64,000 bases of DNA from Octopus sinensis (Eukaryota), in NCBI RefSeq assembly GCF_006345805.1, contig NC_042997.1, forward strand, positions 210,738,001 to 210,802,000, written 5' to 3'. This document shows, in pieces, positions 1 through 10,881 of this stretch. Numbering within the stretch: the stretch's first letter is position 1; the number at the start of each line of letters is the position of its first letter. The notes under the pieces are model-generated. The model searched no databases, was not told where the DNA came from, and saw nothing but the letters and a program-made list of their open reading frames with translations. The translations under genes were made by a program, and so were the position numbers.

Positions 1-456
1 GACTAAGAGGTTACAGCTGCTGTCACAGTGGCGGTCGGTTTAGGATTGTAATCTGTTGGAAACAGACTGACACTTATGTCAAATAGACCCCCTAATTAAG
101 TAGTTCTGTCATACGAGTTAAATAAGCTTAGTGTTAAAGTGTTGCTAAGACTACGGCATAAAAATGTAATGCGATCCGGTGTTTACATTAACTTCAATAA
201 AACAGCAAATGTTTTAGCTGAAAATAAAATTTAAACTTGAAATACGCACATCGAAGAGAATTACTTCTTACAGGAATAAAATAAGGATTCCTAGTTTGAG
301 AAATGGTATAACTGATTTAACAGACAATCAAATTGCCATTGGTCTTTGATTAATGTAAAAAATGAAGGTTTGTTCCTTTCAGGTTTGAACTGGCAACCTT
401 ATGGGAAATAACATTTCTCATGCTACTCTTTCACTCTACCCTTTCATCCATTCCAT

Positions 457-689
457 TACCTATTTCTTTACTACCCACAAGGGGCTAAACACAGAGGGGA
501 CAAACAAGGACAGACATAGGTATTAAGTCGATTACATCGACCCCAGTGCGTAACTGGTACTTAATTTATCGACCCCGAAAGGATGAAAGGCAAAGTCGAC
601 CTCGGCGGAATTTGAACTCACAACGTAACGCAGACGAAATACCGCTAAGCATTTCGCCCGGCGTGCTAACGTTCCTGCCAGCTCGCCGC
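457..689 (-). mobile_element. tRNA-derived SINE family A, full copy
   Basis: Reverse complement of the family A consensus seen many times in the window: head GCGGCGAGCTGGCAG, B-box-like GAGTTCAAATTCC, central GTCGACTTTGCCTTTCATCCTTTCGGGGTCGATAAATTAAGTACCAG, tail AGTAAAGAAATAGG. Confidence 0.9.
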
Positions 690-719
690 TGGAGATGGGG
701 GGGGGCGCATGCATGATAA

Positions 720-1045
720 CCGACATCACATGTCCCAGTGCCAACCGGATCAAAGAGAAAGAAGAAGAAAAACCGAACAACCATGAAGATTTGAAGTGGG
801 AAATATGAAGGTTGTGGTCAATGAGGAGAGTTGACGTGGTACCAATAGTGATTGGTGCACTCAACATGGCTGAAAAAGATTGGTACAAATGAAAAGGCAG
901 GGCACCTACAAAAATCAACATTGCTTGGAAATGCAAGAATTCTTGGTAGGGTCCTTGAAGCATGACCAGTAAACGAGTGTCACCTTAGTCGCTTGGCAGC
1001 GAATAGCTGAAACTCACAGCAAAGTAAGCTGTGAGTTTTCATCAA
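720..1045 (+). mobile_element. R4/Dong-like non-LTR retrotransposon 3' fragment (restriction-like endonuclease tail), decayed
   Basis: Translates DITCPSANRIKEKEEEKPNNHEDLKWEI*RLWSMRRVDVVPIVIGAL. The 3' UTR matches copies at 36700-37170 and 43700-45478, and it ends in a TAA-rich tail. Confidence 0.8.
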
Positions 1046-1060
1046 ATAATGATAATAATT

Positions 1061-1395
1061 ACGGAGATGTACTTGCATAGCAAGTGATTTGATCTGAGAT
1101 CGTGTGCTGAAACGAAAACAATTGCTGCGTGGAAGGTGTTTGTAAGTCATTTAAGAAACACACAAAAGCCGTTCGATTCACTTCAACATTTAAGTTTAAT
1201 TTGTCAAAATATTTTCGTCGCTTTAAGACCGCGACCTGTTCACTGATAAAAATGCACCACGGATTTTTGTCAGTGAACAGGTCGCGGTCTTAAAGCGACG
1301 AAAACATTTTGACAAATTAAACTTAAATGTTGAAGTGAATCGAACGGCTTTTGTGTGTTTCTTAAATGGCTTATAAACACCTTCCACGCTGCAAT
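1061..1395. mobile_element. Repeat family D (putative Penelope-type pLTR) folded into a ~134-bp-arm palindrome, with hammerhead-like motifs
   Basis: Arms 1121-1253 and 1263-1395 are near-perfect reverse complements with a 9-nt loop. A non-inverted copy lies at 27608-27805. The element sits within a TAA tract. Confidence 0.7.
1266..1316 (+). ncRNA. Minimal type-I hammerhead ribozyme-like motif, G3-C8 variant
   Basis: TTTGTCA-GTGAACA-G-GTCGC(ggtcttaaa)GCGAC-GAAA-acat-TT-TGACAAA gives stem I 7 bp, stem II 5 bp and GAAA. The core has G3/C8 instead of C3/G8. Confidence 0.5.
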
Positions 1396-1409
1396 GATAA
1401 TAATAGACA

Positions 1410-1915
1410 CAAGAAAAGACATGATAACCTAGGGAGAGTAATCCACAGGGAGGTATGTAGAAAGCTAAGATTTGACTATACTAATAATATGAAGATGAAC
1501 CTAATAAAGGTACTAGAAAGTAAGAAATAAAAGATGTTGTGGGAGTTTAACATTCAGACTGGCAGAGTAATAGAAGCTAGAAGGCCTGGTTTAGTAGCAG
1601 TAGGTAAAGAGAATAGAAAGTGCCAGATAATTGACTTTACAGTCACAAATGTTGAGAAAGTCAATATAAATGGTTTAGAAAAAAACAGCAAAGTACCAGG
1701 ACCCAACCACTGAATTACAGAGACTATGGAAAGTGCGGGTAAAATCTATTCCAGTAGTTATAGGTGCATTGGGAACTATCGCTAAAGATTCGAACAGATG
1801 GATAGAGGGAATAGGCATAACACATAATTTAGTACAGCTCCAGAAAACAGTGTTATTAGGGACAGCTTGGATGCTTACGAGGGTTCTTGGCATCTAAGGT
1901 TACTTAGACTCACAA
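1410..1915 (+). mobile_element. R4/Dong-like non-LTR 3' fragment (different subfamily), decayed
   Basis: With frameshifts reads KRHDNLGRVIH...MLWEFNIQTGRVIEARRPGLV...KYQD...LQRLWKVRVKSIPVVIGALGTI...LQKTVLLGTAWMLTRVLGI*. Confidence 0.8.
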
Positions 1916-1920
1916 CCAGC

Positions 1921-2160
1921 AAAACTGAGAAAAATATTGCTGATCTGCGTGCAGCTTTGAGGGGAGATCGTTGAATCACCATCCTTGAGTTATCGAAGGA
2001 TGTGCAGATTAGTTACAGTTCAGTTCAGTCGATTATCACTGAAGATTTGGGTATGAGACGTGTGCCAAAACTGCTTTCAGTTGAGCGAAAAGACACTTGA
2101 TTTCAGGTGCACAAGATCTCCTTGATTGTGTAAAGAACGATGAAAACCTTTTAAAAACAT
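1921..2160 (+). mobile_element. mariner transposase remnant (second HTH region)
   Basis: Reads ALRGDR*ITILELSKDVQISYSSVQSIITEDLGMRRV..PKLL, typical of the mariner N-terminal region. Confidence 0.8.
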
Positions 2161-2194
2161 AGATATACATGTATGAGTGTGAGTGTGTGTTAGT

Positions 2195-2467
2195 GTGTTG
2201 GCCTCTGAGCAAGTATTGCCAAGCAATTGGCAAAGTTTGATGCAGATTTTCTGCTCAACTTTCTCTGTCATGGTCAATGCTATGATCACACGCTACACAC
2301 CTTCCTTCCAAGCACGGCTGTAAACAGCGGAAGTGACCCAGAGCTATAAAAGTTTGTGCGCCCGCAGAGCAGAGTCCAAGATCAATATGTGCCAAGCGAC
2401 TTCACGCTGCGTGCTTTAGCTTCGTTACTATAGCAACATTCCGGATGCTTATTGATCAGACCATGTA
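2195..2467 (-). mobile_element. mariner 5' end (TIR plus transposase start)
   Basis: ORF 2077..2289(-) contains MTEKVEQKICIKLCQLLGNTCSEA. The terminus TA-CATGGTCTGATCAATAAGCATCCGG resembles mariner TIRs. Confidence 0.75.
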
Positions 2468-2484
2468 CGCATAAATTCATATAA

Positions 2485-2583
<99 letters not shown>

Positions 2584-2914
2584 GTATGTATAACACAAAC
2601 TGTAAATATACTGTAAATGAATTTAGAAAATAGAATACTCGATACGAACGTACAGTAAGAAATAGATATTGATACAATACATGTATGAAGGGACACAATA
2701 GTCTCACGTTACGATTAAAAAGCCCAATCAATTATCGGAGAATAGAAGATCAACGTTCTTCATTGCACGGCTGTTGGCTTAGGGTTGGTGTAGCTTGGTG
2801 GAATATTGCAGTTGTTCAATCGTTCGATGACAGATTGAGTATTTATTATTATCAAGAATGTATTAGCAATGATGTATTAGTTCATGGATGGATTTATGTG
2901 TGTGTGTGTGTGCT

Positions 2915-3308
2915 TTTATTCTTTTGTTTCGGTCATGCTGGAGCAACGCATTGAAGAGATTTAGTCGAATAGATCGACCCCCAGGACTTGTTCTTTGTGA
3001 GCCTAGTAATTATTCTATCAGTCTCTTTTGCCGAACAGTTAAGTCACGGGGACATAAACATGCCAACACCTGTTGTCAAGCGGTGATGAGAGGACAAACA
3101 TAAACAAAAAGACACGCGCGCGCGCGCGCTCACACACACACAGTACACATACATATATATACGACGGCCTTCTTTCGGTTTCCGTCGACCAAATCCACTC
3201 ACAAGGCTATGGTTTACCAGAACCTTGCTCAAGGTGCCATGCAGTGGGACTGAACCCGGAACCATGTGGTTGGGAGCAATCTTCTTACCACACAGCCACG
3301 CATGCGCC
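2915..3308 (-). mobile_element. tRNA-derived CORE-type SINE family B
   Basis: Head GGCGCA..GTGGCTGTGTGGTAAG with GGTTCAGTCCC B-box, CORE-like ACCTTG(A/G)GCAAG, and tail GCTCCAGCATGACCGAAACAAAAG. Multiple copies in window. Confidence 0.85.
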
Positions 3309-3689
3309 TAGTTTGATAAGTGCCAACGTACGAAACTCTCGGACTTTGAGTCACCCTATTACTTCTGCTAAATATTAAGCAAAATATACATACACTCATA
3401 TCTTGAGTTCTATTTTTCTGTTTACTTTGAAACGAGCTTAGCGTGTGAATATCTTCGTGCACTTTTGGGGTGCACAAAGCAATCACTCTCACTAGCCGTT
3501 GCTTTAATAATCCAGAATCTCTACTAGTCAGAAACAACAAGACGCAGACGTAAAATATATATACTACTTTATTCTCTTTCTTGGTAAACAATAACAATAA
3601 GTGTGTTATCTGATGTCCTTGGTTCGGGGCGCGCAAGGCTGAAAGTAAATAGATTGTAATATTTACAATCTTCAGCCCAAAAACAGAAC

Positions 3690-4015
3690 GGATTCAAGAT
3701 GGCGTCGAACAATGGAGACGATGTTGGTCTGCAACAATTTTGGTTAAAAGTCTTCGGCCAAAGGACTGCTAGAATCAGTTCGAACGGAGAGAATATATGC
3801 GTGACCGTCGCCGTTAATCGCTGGGTCCCAAGTCTTCGATGACTGCTGCTAGTGGTCAAACGTTCTACGACCCCCTTGCCTCGCTAACCACCACGATAGG
3901 CAAGCGGGTCGTGCTTCCGGTGGTTCGCGCATGCGCGAGAGGGCCCTTCCTTTCTCTTGGCGAAGGCACCAACACGCGCAAAATACAAATGGACAGTGCG
4001 CGAGCGCGCGCCGTT
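3690..4015. promoter_or_regulatory. Putative CpG-rich promoter region
   Basis: Apparently non-repetitive CpG-dense island with a YY1-like AAGATGGCG (~3697), an ETS-like CTTCCGG (~3913) and an NRF1-like GCGCATGCGC (~3927). Motif-based only. Confidence 0.4.
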
Positions 4016-4040
4016 GCAGGATCACTACAACTTCAACATA

Positions 4041-4273
4041 CCTATTTCTTTACTGCCCACAAGGGGCTAAACACAGAGAGGACAAACAAGGACAGACAAA
4101 CGGATTAAGTCGATTGTATCGACCCCAGTGCGTAACTGGTACTTAATTTATCGACCCCGAAAGGATGAAAGGCAAAGTCGACCTCGGCGGAATTTGAACT
4201 CAGAACGTAGCGGCAGACGAAATACCGGAAAGCATTTCGCCCGTCGCGCTAACGTTTCTGCCAGCTCGCTGCC
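4041..4273 (-). mobile_element. SINE family A
   Basis: Full-length match to other copies. ACTTCAACATACCT occurs on both sides (~4030 and ~4284), a possible target-site duplication. Confidence 0.9.
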
Positions 4274-5171
4274 TTATATGTTTACTTCAACATACCTACA
4301 CACGCACACACGCGCACACGCACACACGCACATGTATATCTATGTTTTAAGGATTGAAGAATTGCGGTACTGTGTCCAGTCAATTTTTTTTTCTTCGCGT
4401 TATTAAAAAAGTCATGTTACTTTGAAGAAATTACAAATGAATGTTTAAAATATTTTAAGCTATAAAGTTTATTTGTATATTAAACATGAATTATAATGCT
4501 TAATATTACAAGATTCGCTCTTGTTTTAAATGTCAACTTCCGTTTGAATTCCATATGTAAACAAATTGCTTTTCTTCGCGTTCGTAAAAAATGTAATAAA
4601 GCGAAAAAAAACAAGAAAACGAGTAAATTATTTTAAAAAGTATTACGAAGTGCAAAAACAATAATCCCTGTTTAATAGAATTAATTTTTCAAATTGTGTT
4701 AGAGTGCGGTCATGCTGGAGTAGCACTTTGAGATTATTTAGTCAAGAATATCATCTCCCAACACTATTCTTTCCAAATGGTCAGATGTATGTTGCCTTAT
4801 CAAGAAAGTCAAGAAAAGAAAATGTAAAAATATTAACCGAGATAAATGAAAAGGGGTCCATTTGCTGACAGTCATGTCTGCCAAAAGATTCTACGGTGAT
4901 GTGAGACATTCGCTACTCTCTTTTAATTGAAATATATTTAAGTTTTTTTTTTTAATTGCTAAAAAAGGGACACAAGAAACACTTAAAAGACATCTGTAAG
5001 CGAATAGAATGAAACAACAGAATAGCAAAACTCAACTCTTCAAATTGGTAAATGGAATTCATTCCCAGCAGAGAATCTATTTTCTAATTCACTCAAATGA
5101 AGGGTCATGAATATTTTCCCTTGATAGTCTCATCTCTTTTCCAATTTTCATCACCGTTTTTTAAAAAATGT

Positions 5172-5401
5172 ATCTGTTTCTTTACTACCCACAAGGGGCT
5201 AAACATAGAGGGGGACAAACAAGGATAGACAAAGGTATTAAGTCGATTACATCGACCCCAATGCGTAACTGGTACTTAATTTATCGACCCCGAAAGGATG
5301 AAAGTCAAAGTCGACCTCGGCGGAATTTGAACTCAGAACGTAGCGACAGACGAAATACGGCTACGCATTTCGCCTGGCGTGCTAACGGTTCTGCCAGCTC
5401 G
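5172..5401 (-). mobile_element. SINE family A
   Basis: Near full-length match to family A. Confidence 0.9.
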
Positions 5402-5821
5402 CAGAATGTATCATGGATTATTTTACTGATTACAGAATAAACTATAACAGAGTCTTTGTTCAATTCATAAGCATATTGTCAGTGTATTTAATATCAATAT
5501 GCGGAACGCATATGCCACCAGAGAATCGTGAAGAGGAGAGGAAAAGAATAGGGAAGGGTGAGAGAGAAAACCAGAAAGGATGAAGTTCCCTCCCTCTCAC
5601 TCTTCCTCCTTGACTCTCTCGTCGTTGACACGTGACGAAAGGGAATCTATCTTTCTGTCCATTTCCTTCCTAAAGACAAGACGTGCTTATACCTGTCTCC
5701 TCTCATATATATACATACACATACATACATACATACATACATACATACATACATACATACATACATACATGCATACATATATACATATGTTTCTTTATTA
5801 GCCACATATATATACATGCAC

Positions 5822-5877
<56 letters not shown>

Positions 5878-5881
<4 letters not shown>

Positions 5882-5990
5882 CATGGAAAATCCTAGGAGG
5901 CCTTGTACCAAACTTTGGCATTGAAAGTTACCCAAACAGCAGAACGGGGCGCCACTGCATAGTGCCAAAGATCACAGCATCACCATCAAA
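5878..5990 (+). mobile_element. CR1/L2-clade LINE fragment (RT C-terminal region)
   Basis: Reads YTWKILGGLVPNFGIESYPNSRTGRHCIVPKI, a motif typical of CR1/L2-like ORF2 C-termini. Confidence 0.65.
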
Positions 5991-6103
5991 CTCCCTCATT
6001 CACCAAATGCCACATATTAGAGAAGGTTTCAAATAATGGTGTAGCACAGTCAATGGTGGTGCTCCAGCATGACCGAAGTTTTGAAGCTGAAACATTTTAA
6101 AAT

Positions 6104-6147
<44 letters not shown>

Positions 6148-6270
6148 AAATGGATAAATGAATTATCTTGTTAAGGATTATTCAAAATTTAACCGATACC
6201 TGGGTAGCAAAAATCACAACAGAAAAAACACGGCTGAAGTACGACCTTAGCGCGGATAATTGAAGTTTAA

Positions 6271-6430
6271 TATATTTAGTGAAGGGAAGAAATGGAGCTG
6301 AACGAAGATTCTACAGAATTCCTTTTATTATTTTCTACACATGTTGCGGCTTTGAAACATGTGTAGAAAATAATAAAAGGAATTCTGTAGAATCTTCGTT
6401 CAGCTCCATTTCTTCCCTTCACTAAATATA
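6271..6430. repeat. Perfect 75-bp-arm palindrome with 10-nt loop
   Basis: 6271-6345 is the exact reverse complement of 6356-6430. Loop is GCGGCTTTGA. Confidence 0.95.
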
Positions 6431-6446
6431 TATATATATATATATA

Positions 6447-6985
6447 TTAAGGTATGTAGAAAAATACAACATGGACAAGAACGTATAACTCTTAGAAGAC
6501 GATACAATAAACACGGACAGGACATTCGAAACCCTCAGTCTTCAGTCAAGAACCGGATCATCGTAGTAATTTCGGCTGATTAATCTTGAGATTACTAGAT
6601 CACGGCCAGCCCTCCAAGAAAAACTAAGCAACGAGCATTAGAAAAACTAAGCTGGGAGCGTAGATTTCCTGGAAGAAGGATCGAATGCATACGGACACCA
6701 GGACAGCAAAAGGGACGAATATAAAAAAACAAAAAAATAATGGAATACAGAAACATGAAATACAGAAGCATTAACGGTGAAAACAACAACAAGTGTCTTA
6801 CGACTGATAACAAGCAAACAAATTTTTTTCTCTGGCGCGAGGAAAGGAGCCTTATCGGCGATGCCTATAGCGGCGGACGAAAAACAACGATGTTAACACG
6901 ACGCTGGTCAGAAGCTGAAAGGCAGATTTCGGCCAGCAGTCACGTGACAGAGAAGAGAGAAAAGAAAAGAAAGAGAAGCAACGGA

Positions 6986-7016
<31 letters not shown>

Positions 7017-7474
7017 GAGGGACAAACGCAACAAAGAGAGAGAAGAGAGAGAAAGAAGGAATCAGAGAGGAGAAGGGATGGGTGTCGAAGATTGACCTGT
7101 GAGTGCAGAGCGAGACAAAGAAATAGGAGGGTAGTGGAAGATTAGACCAAAGAATCAGAGGAAAGAGAAGAGAAAAAGAGGATGAGTAGAGAGAGAAGGG
7201 GACAGATCAAGTAAAAGTGAGAGAGAGAGAGAGACAAACAAAGAGTCGTACCAGTTATTAAGAATATGTGCTCACATTAATGTTAAGAGGGTACGTGGCG
7301 CCTGGAATATATGTTAAGGTATGTAGAAAAATACAACATGGACAAGAACGTATAACTCTTAGAAGACGATACAATAAACACGGACAGGACATTCGAAACC
7401 CTCAGTCTTCAGTCAAGAACCGGATCATCGTAGTAATTTCGGCTGATTAATCTTGAGATTACTAGATCACGGCC
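6447..7474. mobile_element. Non-coding ~870-bp-unit element with identical 161-bp terminal direct repeats (family E)
   Basis: 6447-6607 is identical to 7314-7474, and both ends are flanked by (TA)n. Related decayed pieces at ~49540-49990 and 50510-50645. Confidence 0.7.
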
Positions 7475-7508
7475 TATATATATATGTATGTATGTATGTA
7501 TATGCATG

Positions 7509-7561
<53 letters not shown>

Positions 7562-7667
7562 TGTATGATGTGTGTGTGTATGTATGCATGCATGTATTGT
7601 TTTTGTTTGTTTTTGTTTGTTTTTCCAGTTTCAGCTCTTGAGCTGTGGCCATGCTGGGGCACCGCCA

Positions 7668-7826
7668 TTGTGGTGAAAGAGTACAGCAGGGATCACCACC
7701 CCCTGCCGGAGCCTCGTAGAGCTTTTTTAGGTGTTTTCGCTCAATAAACACACACAACGCCCGGTCTAAGAATCGAAACCGCGATCCTGCGACCGCGAGT
7801 CCGCTGCCCTAACCACTAGGCCACTG
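7668..7826 (-). mobile_element. SINE family C, 5' portion
   Basis: Reverse complement of the head CAGTGGCCTAGTGGTTAGGGCAGCGGACTCGCGG...GGTTTCGATTC. Confidence 0.85.
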
Positions 7827-8660
7827 TATATATATATATATATAAACATACATATATACATACATACATACACCCACGTACATGCATATACCTTTGTGTA
7901 TGTATGTGTGTGCGTGCGCGCGCGCGACGAGTGTGCGTGTATTTATTTAGGCTGCCATTCGCCTGTGAATGTTATTACGTATGCGTTAGTTCTATAAAAA
8001 AAAGTAAAAGTGAACTCAATGCCTGCCGAGAGTAGACATTGACTACCAAGGGTTATAACTTTGGTGTGGAGTTACTGTTGTTTTGCATAATTCCGTTATC
8101 ACGGCATGATCGTAATCAAAGAAGCGTCATTGATATTTTGCGCTGACGCTGTATTTCGTGGGGAGAGTGTAATATTTTGGCAGCAGTCTGTAAGTAAACC
8201 CACGGAACGTAAGACTAAAGAAATTGAAATGAAACTAGCGTAGGTGTAATAGAAGTATGAAATTATGTTGTAGATTTAGCGCGTGTGTACTGAAGATCCA
8301 ACACTTTGGAAGAGTTGCCATAAATAGAAATTCTGTAATAAGGTTGCAACAGCCTCGCCATTGTTCACCTACGTTTATTTTCATCTCTTTTATTTAGGAG
8401 TTTGTTTCACGAAATGTTATAAGCGACCTTACATCAAACTACATAACAATGATGACAGTCCTTAATAAGATAAATCACTACTTTTAATAACACTGGCCAA
8501 CAAAATAATGTTTTTCAAATAGCCGTCTGTGTACTATCCTTAACGTATACACGCCACTAAAAGGCATAATGCAGCGGTTTTTTGTCCGAGAGAAAATCTC
8601 CCCCCACCCCGAGACTTGTTGGGTTAAAAACTCAATATATATTGGAGTGAGGTTAATATC

Positions 8661-9232
8661 TATTTCTTTACTACCCATAAGGGGCTACACACAGAGGGGA
8701 CAAACAAGGAAAGACAAACGGATTAAGTCGATTTTATCGACCCCCAGTGCGTAACTAGTACTTATTTAATCGACCCCGAAAGAATGAAAGGCAAAGTCGA
8801 CCTCGACGGAATTTGAACTCATCATCATCATCATTGTTCGACCGTGGTCGAGACAATGGAAGTTACCATGCTACGCCAGACTTCGCGGTCCATCATGGCA
8901 TTACGGAGGTCCTGTTGCTGGATGCCTGTATCCCTGGAGATTACATCAGGGTAGGAGAGTGTGCGCCCTCTGGTATTGCGAGTAGATGGCAAACCAAATA
9001 CCTATTTCTTTATTACCCACAAGGGGTTAAACATAGAGGGGACAACAAGGACAGACATAGGTATTAAGTCGATTACATCGACCCCGGTGCGTAACTGGTG
9101 CTTAATTTATCGACCCCAAAAGGATGAAAGGCAAAGTCGACCTCGTCGGAATTTGAACTCAGAACGTAGCGGTAAACCAAATACCGCTTAGCATTTCGTC
9201 CGGCGTGCTAACGATTCTGCCAGCTCGCCGCC
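8661..9232 (-). mobile_element. SINE family A tandem dimer interrupted by an RTE fragment
   Basis: Partial copy 8661-8820 and full copy ~8990-9232 are joined at AAATACC|TATTTC. Confidence 0.8.
8821..8990 (-). mobile_element. RTE-clade LINE extreme 3' end with (GAT)n tail
   Basis: Minus strand reads RGRTLSYPDVISRDTGIQQQDLRNAMMDREVWRSMV followed by (GAT)n. Confidence 0.7.
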
Positions 9233-9561
9233 CTCACGAGGTTAATATCATCTTGAGAAACCATTCCTGGCACACACGTTCCGTAACTGTTTTCAGTTTT
9301 GCCAACGACGTTTCCCGCTCATCGTTTCTTTAAGCCAAGTTTGTCCTTTTGTAAGATACAGGAAACAGGGAATATATTATTTACCGTTTCCTATATTTCG
9401 AAGGAGACATTTAGGAAGGCTTGGGTTGTACAAATACCTCGTTGCACACAGTGAAGTAGCATTAAATCGAAATAGTCATCTACGTATCATACCTACATAC
9501 ATACATACATACATACATACATACATACATACATACATACATACATACATACATACATACA

Positions 9562-9600
<39 letters not shown>

Positions 9601-9751
9601 CAGATAATATATACATTTATTATATACACACACATTATATATAAAAGATTATATATATGTGCATCAGGTTGATATTTCCTGTTCCTGGGTTGCAAACGCA
9701 TGCCCTTCAAATTGGGAGGTAGTAATGTACGTACGTACGTATGTATGTATG

Positions 9752-9785
<34 letters not shown>

Positions 9786-10023
9786 TGTATGTATGTATGT
9801 ATGTGTGTGTATGTATGTATGTGTGTGTATATGTAAGTATGTGTGTGTATGTATGTATGCATGTATGTATGTACGTACGTATTTATATATGTATATATGT
9901 ACGTACGTATGTATGTATGTGTGTGTATGTATGTATGTATGTATGTATGTATGTACGTATGTATGTATGTATGTGTGTGTGTATGTTTGTGTGTGTAAGG
10001 GTGTGTATATGTATATACAGCGA

Positions 10024-10092
10024 AGGCGCGTGGCTTGGTGGTTAGGGTATTTGACTCACAGTTTGAAGGCCATGAGTTCAATTCCTGGCGGT
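10024..10092 (+). mobile_element. tRNA-like SINE head fragment
   Basis: GGCGCGTGGCTTGGTGGTTAGGG...GAGTTCAATTCCTGG has A- and B-box-like motifs but no convincing cloverleaf. Confidence 0.55.
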
Positions 10093-10303
10093 ATAGAGAG
10101 GCAGAGGTAGGTGTCTTGCTGTAGAGCAGGTACATGAATTGTTGTACAGTGGATGGTACAAAAACAACTGGCTCTCCGTCGGTTACGGCGATGATTGTCA
10201 CTGCTGGTCAGATCAACGTAATAGCCTGCTCGTGAAATTATCGTGCGAGTGGCTGAGCACTCCACAGCCACACGTACATGTGTGCGTGTTCGTGTGTTTG
10301 TGT

Positions 10304-10535
10304 GGCGGCGAGCTGGCAGAAACGTTAGCACGCCGGGCGAAATGCTAAGCGGTATTTCGTCTGCCGTTACGTTCTGAGTTCAAATTCCGCCGAGGTCGAC
10401 TTTGCCTTTCATTCTTTCGGGGTCGATAAATTAAGTACCAGTTACGCACTGGGGTCGATATAATCGACTTAACCCCTTTGTCTGTCCTTGTTTATCTCCT
10501 CTATGTTTAGCCCCTTGTGGGCAGTAAAGAAATAG
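10304..10535 (+). mobile_element. SINE family A
   Basis: GGCGGCGAGCTGGCAGAAACG...AGTAAAGAAATAG, full length. Confidence 0.9.
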
Positions 10536-10881
10536 TTTGTGTGTGTGTGTGTAATGTAATGCATATATATGTACACACAGGCACAGGCACACACACACAC
10601 ACACACAACACACCACACACACACACACACATACACATGGGTGATAAGAGTGGACAGTTTCAGTTAAGCACAACACATTTTTCGAAAGTGGGATTCCATC
10701 AAATTATCAGAGCAAACCTATCATGATATAAGCACAATCTGCCCCTTCGTCACGTACCTCATCAAAACAATTTCCGCGTTGTGTATCGAACTTTCTGCGA
10801 GGAAGACTAAACAATTGAGCTTCAACCGGAAAGGGAGTAGCTAAGAGGTTTTTTCGAACAGTTAAACACATACGATCAGTA

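Noticed and set aside
532-963. 143-aa ORF and similar recurring peptides (e.g. HLKLHEAPAG, EPCGWLASYLPHSH, RPRKDERQSRPRRNLN)
   Set aside because: These are chance frames through SINE families A-C and antisense LINE fragments. They recur only because the SINEs do.
6520-6560. Minus-strand CTGAAGA...CGAATGTC in family E as a hammerhead
   Set aside because: Stem I and stem II cannot be formed and GAAA is incomplete.
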